A stretch of DNA of 64,000 nt from the human T2T-CHM13v2.0 reference genome, Homo sapiens, in NCBI RefSeq assembly GCF_009914755.1, contig NC_060942.1. One strand, written 5' to 3'. Shown here in pieces: positions 54,006 to 64,000 of this stretch (position 1 is the stretch's first letter; every line of letters begins with the position of its first letter). The position numbers were made by a program, and so were the translations under genes. The notes beneath the pieces were generated by a model. The model saw only the letters and a program-made list of their open reading frames with translations, was not told the origin of the DNA and made no database searches.

Positions 54006-54362
54006 TGTATTAGTTTGTTTTTATGCTGCTGATAAAGACATACCCGAAACTGGGAACAAAAAGAGGTTTGCTTGGACTTACAGTTCCACGTGGCTAGGGA
54101 AGCCTCAGAATCATGGTGGGAGGCAAAAGGCACCTCTTACATGGCGGCAGCAAGAGAAAAAATGAGGAAGAAGCAAAAGTGGAAACCTCTGATAAACCCA
54201 TCAGATCTCGTGAGACTTATTCACTATCATGAGAATAGCATGGGAAAGACCGGCCTCCATGTTTCAGTTATCTCCCCCTGGGTCCCTCCCACAACATTTG
54301 AGAATTCTGGGAGATAACAATTCAAGTTGAGATTTGGGTGGAGACACAGCCAAACCATATTA
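54006..54362 (-). mobile_element. THE1 (THE1A-like) MaLR solo LTR
   Basis: TGTATTAG...GCTGATAAAGACATACCCGAAACTGGG...CAGCCAAACCATAT; 5-bp TSD CCTTC/CCCTC. Confidence 0.88.
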
Positions 54363-54598
54363 CCCTCTTTTGGGCCGAGTTTCCTACTTCCCTTCTCTTG
54401 GCTGTCAGATTTGGTTGGTTGCTCCTTTCATCTTTTAGGGCAGTGGTTTTTAACTTAGCTTGAGTCATAGATTCCACAATGAATCTTCATAGAAATATAT
54501 GGAATGTATGATTTTGCATGTAATTTTGAGGGCTTCATGGTTCTCCTGATGCTCATTCCTAGGTTCTGTGCTGTAGGTTAAGAATGTGTTTTTTCTTA

Positions 54599-54946
<348 letters not shown>

Positions 54947-55972
54947 CTAGCACTGTTCTGACAGGTAGGAAGCCTCAGTGGGCTTTGGTGCTCTGCTTTT
55001 CCTGAACAGAAATATCCTGTGTCTGCTTTTCTTTTGTCTTAGGTTGTGAATGTGGGACACAGTCTAGGGTCGCAAAGGAGCAGTGTGGATCTGATTGGTC
55101 CCTCATGGACACATGATAGTGGGGAGCCTCCGTCATGTTTGGGCCATGAGTGGACTGTTCCCTCTGGCTCACCATTCACTTTTCTCCTTTCTGCTCCAAC
55201 CCTGCAGTGCCAGGCAGAGGCCTAGAGTGCTACAGCCAGGCAGTCTAGCATCTGGCTGGCATACATTTCACCAACACATTTAAAGTTCTTGGCGATTCTG
55301 ATGCCTCAAGCAGGGTCTTGGGCCTCCTAGTTTGCCACAAATCCACCACTCCCAGTTGTGTTTCTGGCCCTGGCCCTCTTTGCCCATTTGCCCCATCCCT
55401 CTGAGGCATTTTAGTGATGGCCTTTGGCCTGAGGTTGAGTGTGCTTAGGCTGGCGTTCCTTTCCCAGGGAGGGCTGAGGTGCTCGGCAGCAGCCTTGAGG
55501 GCAGACATTAGGGGACTCCCAGTCTTTGTCCGGACCGGGGTTTCCTGGGATGGGGGGCAAGCGGTCCTGGGGCACGCTTGTAGCCATCTTCATGACAAGC
55601 TTATAGAGGGCTTATCAGTCTGATGACTCCTGATGAAATTCCACCAGCATTCATGGATGAGTGCCTCAATGCAAGAGTGCCAAACTCTCCAAAGCAAACA
55701 TTAATTTTAGAGAGAAAAAGCTTTCATTGTAAAGCCCCTGAGTAAATTGGGGTACGTTAGTGACAAAATAACTACAGCAAGGTGTTCTTTAGCAAAAGTT
55801 TGACAACCACAGACTTAAGCATTTAATACAGATGCATGAGTCATGAGTGCAAGCTTTTACATACTTGTTACAACTTTATTTCCTTAGTATTTCATTTTCC
55901 TAACTTGTATCTGTGTGCTAGTGTTTGTTTAGGCATTAGTGTAATGTATTTATATAAACATTCTTTTTTAAG

Positions 55973-56037
55973 CTGAAGCATTTGATTTGATTGCACAAGA
56001 TGAAGAAGAATTTAATAAAGAGCATCAATTTATACAG
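55973..56037 (+). CDS. CEP192: CEP192 exon 12 (SEAFDLIAQDEEEFNKEHQFIQ; Aurora-A-binding helix)
   Basis: cttttttaag| acceptor and CAG|gtttgt donor; 65 nt, ends at aa 533. Confidence 0.93.
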
Positions 56038-56296
56038 GTTTGTAATTATTTGTTTTATCCAAAATTTAAAATTTTTCCTGTATTAGTGTAAGTGTAGGCA
56101 CAGTGTTCATTTCTTTCTGAATATATGGTTAGTATAGAATTATTTCATATTTTTCTTATGGCTAGACAACTTCTGCTTTTTCCCTCATACTCTAAATAAA
56201 ATACTCTAAATTATTAATTGAAGATCATTGACATACTGAAATATATCTTTAATTCACTTAGAATTGCTTTAATGGCATTAATGGATATTTCCATAG

Positions 56297-56878
56297 TTTA
56301 TTTTTATTTTTTGAGACAGGACTTGCTGTGTCACCCAGGCTGGAGTGCAGTGGTGATCATAGTTCACTGCAGCCTCAAGCTTTTGGGCTCAAGTGATCCT
56401 CCTGTCTCAGCCTCCTGTGTAGCTGGGATTGCAGGCATGTGCTACCATGCCTAGCTATTTTTTTATTTTTTGTAGTGATGGAGGCTTGTTACGTTGCCTA
56501 GACTTGTCTGGAACTCCTGGGTTCAAGCAATCCTTCCATCTTGGCCTCCCAAAGTGCTGGGATTACAGGTGTGAGCCAGTGTACTGGGCTGTATTTCTAT
56601 AGTTTTAAAATATGTTTTAAAGTGAGGTAATCCTGTTTGTTTTTTTATGAAGATTCTTATTTATGACAATCTTATTTCAATCTTATTTTGAAGATTCAAA
56701 ATTTATGATAGTGTTTAATGAAGCAATAGATGAAGATAACATTCTTCTTATTATTTTTCAGATGGGGTCTCGCCATGTTGCTCAGGCTGGTCTTGAACTC
56801 CTGGGCTCACATGAGTCTCCCATCTTGGCCTCCCAGGTAGCTGGGATTACAGGAAAGCGCTGTCATGAGCAACTCATG
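56297..56878 (-). mobile_element. AluJ-like element (56297-56590) and Alu monomer (56746-56878)
   Basis: Antisense Alu sequences. Confidence 0.85.
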
Positions 56879-57105
56879 ATCGTGTGTATTATAACTCAAG
56901 TGTTCAAAAATACTCATTTTCCTTTTCTGGACTTCATTAGCTGTGGTAGCTGATGATGCTTCAGTTTGTCCAATTTTTTTTTTGTCTAGTTTTTCAAAAT
57001 TACTTTTTAAATTTTCTTGGTAAGACTTTTTTAGTTTTTGTATATTAGAACAACAGAAAAGTGACTTGCTGGGGGAAAGAAACGAAACAATAACTTTCTC
57101 CCTAG

Positions 57106-57315
57106 GAAGAAAACATAGATGCTCATAATACTTCGGTTGCACTGGGCGATACGTCCTGGGGAGCTACAATTAATTACAGTCTGTTGAGGAAATCACGTAG
57201 CACATCAGATTTGGATAAAGATGATGCCAGTTATTTACGTCTGTCTTTAGGAGAGTTCTTTGCTCAAAGATCTGAAGCTCTTGGTTGCCTTGGTGGTGGT
57301 AACAATGTGAAAAGA
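57106..57315 (+). CDS. CEP192: CEP192 exon 13 (EENIDAHNTSVALGDTSW...SYLRLSLGEFFAQRSEALGCLGGGNNVKR)
   Basis: tttctccctag| acceptor and AGA|gtaagt donor; 210 nt, phase 0/0. Confidence 0.93.
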
Positions 57316-57909
57316 GTAAGTATGGAATCTGTTGGAAGTGCTCACAGTCACCAGATTTTAGATTTTGAGTATTATGATGGCACAGTGACTTTAAAATGGA
57401 GATAGAATAGGATGGGACAGAAGAGTGGTAAAAAACTTAGGTTTCATCATCAGTCAGACCTTTACTGCAGTTCTAGCTCTGTCTTTTAGCTAATTCTGGG
57501 ACATTGAGCAATTTAACTCCTCTGTGCCTGAATTTCCCGTTTCTTAACAGCACAGTTTTATAGGGCTTTGTAAGATTTAAATGTGACGGTTCATGTAAAG
57601 CATTTAGCACTAAACCAACATGTAATAAGTATTTAATAGTTGTTCATTGCTGTTGTTATTGTTGGTTGGTGTGAAGAATTCTAAAATTGCTTTTTAAAAA
57701 CTATTGTCTAAAGAGATGTTTTGAAATATAGAAGTGTTTTGATTTAATTAAATGTAATGCATGTACAATTAAAAAGACAAGTTATTCAGATAGTGATAAG
57801 TCCTGTAAAGCATGAGTGAGGAGAAGGAGCTACTTTAGCTATGCTGGTCAGGCTGACATTTGGTGGAAGACATTGAGTTGGCATCTCAGTGATGAAAAGG
57901 AGGCAGCAG

Positions 57910-58206
57910 GGCCAGCGCAGTGGCTCACACCTGTAATCCCAGCACTTTGGGAGGCTGAGGTGGGCGGATCACTTGAGGTCAGGAGTTCGAGACCAACCGG
58001 CCAACATGGTGAAGCCCTGTCTCTACCAAAACTATAAAAAATTAGCCAGATATGGTGGTGCGTGGCTGTAATCCCAGCTACTTGGGAGGCTGAAGTAGGA
58101 GAATTGCTCGAACCCAGGAGGTGGAGAGTTGCAGTGAGCCGAGATCACGCCACTGCACTCCAGCCTGGGCAACAGAGCGAGACTCCATCTCAAAAAAAAA
58201 AAAAAA
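57910..58206 (+). mobile_element. Alu (AluS-like)
   Basis: Sense dimeric Alu with poly-A. Confidence 0.9.
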
Positions 58207-59564
58207 GTGATTTTTTTCTTGTGAGAAGAAATAAGACTTTTCCCTCCATTAGTGACCTGGCCCTTGTCTGTGTGCAGGCCTGGAGGTAGGAACCAGGGTG
58301 GCATATTGGAGGAATGGAAAGCAGGCAGGCAGAGCTGCTCTGAGGAGCAGGGTAGGCAGGTATGAAGGGAGAATGGCAGATGATTCCAGGGGCCAAATCA
58401 TGAGGGCTCCTGGTAGGAGGGGGGTTTTATCTCAGATGAACTGGGAGGAAGTGCTTAGAGGCACAGGGCAACTTTGTTGTGGTGCCAGCCCATCTCCAGG
58501 TGCAGCAGCCTGCCGCCATATGTCAGGTGCCCAGGTAGTGAAAGTCAGCAAAAGACAGAAGAGGGAAAGAAGCAGGCAAACACTTAGGAAATGGGAGAGA
58601 TGTGATGAAGGCTGGGGACAAGGATGACCTAGTAGAAGCAGAGAAAAGGGCAAGAATTCAAGATTTATTCTATAGAGTCAAAGAATTTGTTGATAAATTC
58701 CACAGAGGGTATTAGGGTTATTGGAGGGATTGTTTAGCAAAACTGGATTTCATTAAGAGTATGATTTTGAAATAACAGATGTAGTGTTAGAAGTCACAGC
58801 TGATTCATAGAAGTTGAAGAGTAACTGAATTCCTTATTAATGGAATTATAGTAAGGAAAGATAAGGTGGGCAAAGCACTGGATCATGAAAAAAATGGATC
58901 TATTATTTGGAATTTTTGTTGTGGTATAAGTGATGACGTTTTATTTGCATTCAAGTTACTGAATCAAGGGAAGAAATTAAGATATTAATCACAATTAATA
59001 AATTAATCACTTGGGAAAGTGAAGACCAATAAAAAATTGAGTGTATTTAATGAGTTCACATTTTAGTTCTGTCATGTGACTGCTGTATAAGAAAGACAAG
59101 TGGAAACTGCCTACCCTTTAGCAAGCTCCTTGAATGCAGACCTTCCAGAAACTTTCATGCAAATTGGTAGGAGCGTCCCTAATCTTAATACACATTTTTC
59201 AAGGATGTGTTTATTCTATAAAATAAAGTACCTTTATATTGTAATTTCCAGGAAGCAGGAGTTTTTATCTGCTGCAGGTGTGAGCCACTGCGCTTGGCCT
59301 CATTTCTGTTGTTTTAATTTGAATTTCTTAGTAAGGGCAATTTATTTGACAATGTGAGTTCTAATGGTTAAAAGGTAGCTAGTATTAAGGAAATGAAAGG
59401 TTCTACCTGGACCTTTGAAGGTCATCTCTAGTAATTTGAGGTTAAGTGGGAAGAACAGTTTTTTGATGTCATTTAGCTGTTTTACCACTATTAGATAAAA
59501 CAGTCTAGAATTTCTCAAAGCAGTTGAAAATCAAAGAAATAATTTACCTTTAATTATTTTGTAG

Positions 59565-59691
59565 CCATCATTTGGCTATTTTATTAGATCACCAGAGAAG
59601 AGAGAACCTATTGCCTTAATAAGAAAATCTGATGTATCAAGAGGTAATTTGGAAAAAGAAATGGCTCATCTTAACCATGATCTATATTCAG
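59565..59691 (+). CDS. CEP192: CEP192 exon 14 (PSFGYFIRSPEKREPIALIRKSDVSRGNLEKEMAHLNHDLYS)
   Basis: tattttgtag| acceptor and CAG|gtaatg donor; 127 nt. Confidence 0.93.
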
Positions 59692-60278
59692 GTAATGGAT
59701 TCAATGAAGGGGCTTTTAGGAATCTTTTTTTTCTTAAATGCGTAACTTAGGGGTTAAATGGGTGACCGTGTTCTTTATGAGTGAAAATGTATATAACACT
59801 TTGTAGTTTCTCAGTGTTGGTTATAGATTTGATTCATATGTAACCCCATATATCCTTTTCAATCTAAAGTGGAAACAAGTCAGCCAAAATCTACCTAAAT
59901 TTGTAAAAACCACAGTAAATGAAATAATTTCAGATGGGCTAGTTAATGTTGGCTATTGAATTATTGAGTTAATTAATCGTAGATATAATTTATTATTTAG
60001 GATGACTTTTAAAGAGATGTTTTGAGATTTAGACTATGATAATCTATGATAATTTTTATGATAAATATAATATTTTTAATCAAATATTCTTGGTCAGCTT
60101 GGAATTATCATGCAGCTACTTTTTGTTAGTACAATGTCTTGTGCTACATATCATATAAAGTTGTATAAGATATGCTGCATTCCTTAAAGAGCCTGTATTC
60201 TAGTAGGGGAGTTGGGACAAAGGGTCCATGTATACAGAGTCAGCTCATTTTCCATTTCTCTAAAGATGCACCCACTTA

Positions 60279-60600
60279 TTTCTTTCTTTTCTTCTCTTTT
60301 TTTTTGAGACAGTCTCTTTTTTTTTTTTTTGAGACAGAGTCTCTCTCTGTCACACAGTGGCGTGATCTCGGCTCACTGCAATCTCCACCTCCTGGGTCAA
60401 GCGATTCTCCCACCTCAGCCTCCCGAGTAGCTGGAATCACGGGCTCACGCCACCATGCTCAGCTAATTTTTTGTATTTTTGGTAGAGATAAGGTTTCCCC
60501 ATGTTGGCCAGGCTGGTCTCAAACTCCTGACCTCAAGTGATCCGCCCACCTCAGACTCCCAAAGTGCTGGGATCACAGGCATGAGCCACCGCACCCGACC
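60279..60600 (-). mobile_element. Alu (AluS-like) with duplicated tail junction
   Basis: Antisense Alu; T-tract plus GAGACAG(AG)TCTCT occurs twice. Confidence 0.88.
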
Positions 60601-60938
60601 AAGAAGTACTCAGTTTTAAATTCAACTTATTGTATGTTTGTGAAATGTTTCAAGCTGAAAAATATTGAATGAGTTTATGTGTGTATTTGCAAGGGAAAGA
60701 TTAAAATCCACAATCCTCCTTCAAAGTTTGGACTCTGCAGCATTGAGCCAAATTAACTATGTTGTTGTTCTCTGTCCAAGTGACTATACGTTTAAACCAT
60801 TATAGTGAAGGCAACTGACATTTGGGGTACAAAGACATCTTCCTTGGTAAATTAGTCATTTTGCCTGGTCCTTATTCCACAGACTGTGTTTGTCAAATAG
60901 TGTATACTTATAAGTTGAATATTATATATTTCCTGCAG

Positions 60939-61069
60939 GAGATTTAAATGAACAGTCCCAGGCACAGCTAAGTGAAGGATCAATTACACTTCAGGTTGAA
61001 GCAGTAGAGAGTACTTCACAAGTGGATGAAAATGATGTGACGTTAACGGCTGATAAAGGCAAAACAGAG
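60939..61069 (+). CDS. CEP192: CEP192 exon 15 (GDLNEQSQAQLSEGSITLQVEAVESTSQVDENDVTLTADKGKTE); gene continues beyond the window
   Basis: atttcctgcag| acceptor and GAG|gtagct donor; 131 nt, cumulative CDS 2067 nt. Confidence 0.92.
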
Positions 61070-61219
61070 GTAGCTTCAGCCTTTCGTAAGGAAATCTAAG
61101 ATTATCTTGTTGTAGTTCTTATCTAGGATCAAGACGAGATCACCTGTGAAAAATTTATGCCGTTTAACATCTTTTCTTTCCTGGCTTCAGATTTCTTGCA
61201 AGTGTCCTTTAAATTTTTC

Positions 61220-64000
61220 TTTTTAAGTTTTTGTGGCGATATAATATACACACAGATGAGTTTATAAAACAGATTTGTAGTCAATGAATGAATTATCACA
61301 AGTCATACACTTGTGTATACCTCAGATCAAGAAAGAGAACATTGCCAACAGCTCAGAAACAAGTTTTTTTGCCGCCTCCAGTTACCTGACCTTTAACCCT
61401 GTATTAATTTTATCTGATTCTAAACTTCACTTAAAAGAAACCATGTGGCATGTATTCCTTTTCTTTGGCTTTTTTCACCTCACCTTACATTTGTTAGATG
61501 AGTATAATATAAACTTATTTTTATTACTGTATGGTATTCTGTTATATGAATATTCTATTGCTTTTATATCCATTTGTATTGTTGATGAAATTTGGGATAT
61601 TTCCACTGCTGGACAATTATAAAACAATGCTCCATGAACAGCCTAGTACCTGGGAAGTGTGCAAACGTTCATATGAGGTGTGTATGTCGTAGGGTTTGCA
61701 TACTTTCATTTCAGTGGTTTTGACAGTTTTCCAGAGTGGTTGTACCATGTAGATTTGTTCAAGAGTGTGTGCTTCCTGTCACCGCATGTCCTCGCCAGCA
61801 CCTGGCATTACTCGTTATTCTGGTGGGTGTACAGTGGGGTCTTCTTGTCTTCATGTACATTTCCCTGATTACTAATAAAGCTGGTTCTTGCTCATGTTTG
61901 CTGGTCATTAGGAGGCTTATTTTATGAAGTGCTGTCCAAGTCTGTTGCTCATTTTTCCAATGGACAGTTCGTTTTATTTGATTTGTAGGTGTTGTTTACA
62001 TTGGATAGGAGCCTTTTGTCAGTTATGAGTGTTCCATGTGTCTTCTCCCAGTCTGTGGCTTGCCTTTTCACTTTTTTAATGGTATTTTTATTTGTTGATT
62101 AGGCCATGCTTTCATTATTTCTCTAATGTGCTAACTTTGTCATAAATCAAATACCATGACATCGTGGGTATATTTCTAGAGTCTCTCTTGTGCTTCTTCG
62201 GTCTGTTTATCTATCTTGTGTCAAGATGACACTTGAATATTGTAACTTTATTATAATAAGTCTTGATATCTGGAAGAGTAAATCCTCTTGTATTTTTCTT
62301 TAAAAGTATCTTGGCTATTCTTGGCCCTTTATATTTCCATGTCTGCTTTACAGTCACATGGTCAGCTTCTACACACCAACCACTAACCACCAACAACCCT
62401 GTTGGACTTTTTTGGGGATTAAATTTAATTTATGGAGCAGTAAAATTGACATCTTTATAATATTGAGTCTTCTAATCCGTGAAACTAACATATCACTTCA
62501 TTTATATGTTTTAATTTCCCTTTGTATTTTATGAGTTTTGTGCAGATTTTTCACATCATCTTGTTAGATTTCTTCCTAAGTTGTTGAAACTTTTATTTTT
62601 AATTTTTGTGGGTACATAGTAGTTGTATATATTTATGGGGTACATGAGATGTTTTGGTACAGGCATGCAATGTGTAATAATCACATCATGGGAAGTGGGG
62701 TATCCATCCCCTCAAGCATTTATCCTCTGTGTTATGAACAATCCAATTATATACTCTTAGTTATTTGTAAATGTACAATTAAATTATTTTGACCCTGTTG
62801 TGCTATCAAATGAAACATTAATATTATGTTTCTTAACTTTATTTTCTGTTTGTTTTGGCTAAACAAATACACAATTGTATTTGTTTTTTAAATATACTCA
62901 CCTTATATCCAGCAAATTTACTTATTAACTCTAATTATCTATCAACTCTTTGGATTTCCTGCATACATAGTTTTGTCATCTGAGAATAAAAGTTTTATTT
63001 CTTCATTTTTAATTTTTATACCTTTGTTTCTTTGTCTTGCCTTCCTTGACTGGATGGACCTCAAAAGAGTATTGATGTCATGATGTTGGGTTTCCCTCAT
63101 TCATTGGGAACTCTTTTTGGTATTTCATCTTTCAATTTGATGCATGGTGTAAGGTTTTTGTTTTGTTTTGTTTTAAATTACTGGATCAACAACGTGGTCT
63201 TCTAATCTTTGTTCACTAGTTTTTTGTTCTGTTTTGGATTTGGTTTTCACCTTGTAAGAGGATTGAATCTTGCCGAGTGCTTCTCTAGATCTGTTAAGAA
63301 CATGAGCTTGCTCTGTTTTGTTGATGTGATGAATTTTGTCAAATGATTTTTGAATATTAAACTATTCTTTTATACTTGAAATAAACCTCACTAGGGTTGT
63401 AATGTGTTATCTTTTGATATATCATTGGATTTGGCGTGTGCTAATAGTTTGCTTAGAATTTTGCATTTTTGTGAGTGAGATGAATGCTCTTTCTTATAAT
63501 GTTCTTGTCTGGTTTTGGTATCAAGGTTTTACTGGTCTCATTTTTTCTGTTTTCAGGAAGAGTTTTTGTAAGATTGGTGCTTTTTTAAAGATTTTGGTAG
63601 AATACATTGGTGAAATCACCTGAGTCTGGTATATTCTTTATCTAATGCCTTTACTTGCAGATTCAATTTCTTTAATAGTTGTAGTACTATTCTGATGTTT
63701 TAATTTTTTATGTCAGTTTTAGTACATTGTAATTTAGATTGTAATCTTCCTCTACACTTGAAAATTTATTTTACTATCATGCTGACCATAATATCCTCTT
63801 GTGATTAATATCTTAGGTTGTTAAGCTATGTCTCTTTTGTTCATTCTATAATTGACTGTTTTCCCTCTCTTTTTCTTAATCTCACCAGATACTTTCAATT
63901 TTGTTAATTTGACAATTTTATTTATTCTCAATTCTGTTTGTCTTTCTATTTCCTATTTTCTGGTCTTCATTTCTTTCCTTCTACTTTCTATGGATTTAAT
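61220..64000 (-). mobile_element. Old antisense L1 (L1M) fragments with a nested L1MA-type 3' end (62591-62810)
   Basis: L1 antisense motifs; nested piece TTTTGTGGGTACATAGTAG...TGTGCTATCAAA flanked by TGAAAC. Confidence 0.75.

Noticed and set aside
57049-57105. Upstream AG that could extend CEP192 exon 13 by 57 nt in frame
   Set aside because: The extension contains an in-frame TAA; no evidence of use

Overview
Human (hominid) genomic DNA; there is no prokaryotic system here. The window holds the last exons of SEH1L (WD40 nucleoporin / GATOR2 subunit, + strand, with alternative terminal acceptors giving C-termini ...GRKHS or ...GRYFF...NEGI). About 3.8 kb after its poly(A) signal come the CpG-island promoter, non-coding exon 1 and coding exons 2-15 of CEP192 (+ strand). 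All CEP192 introns are GT-AG and the exon phases sum to an uninterrupted 689 codons. Introns are dense in Alu, old L1, L2, MIR, DNA-transposon and LTR remnants, including a 5'-truncated SVA, an AluYa5 and solo LTRs. Most interesting, all inferred from splice phases: (i) SEH1L's penultimate exon would join CEP192 exon 2 in frame (possible read-through fusion); (ii) a third SEH1L acceptor would add a very hydrophobic tail; (iii) the end of CEP192 exon 11 is dual-frame, and inverted Alus bracket exons 12-13; (iv) CEP192 exon 4 has an atypical A-rich acceptor with an in-frame competitor; (v) one Alu carries a template-switch hairpin. Gene identities and repeat subfamily names come from recalled sequences, not from a search. 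Repeat boundaries are approximate.
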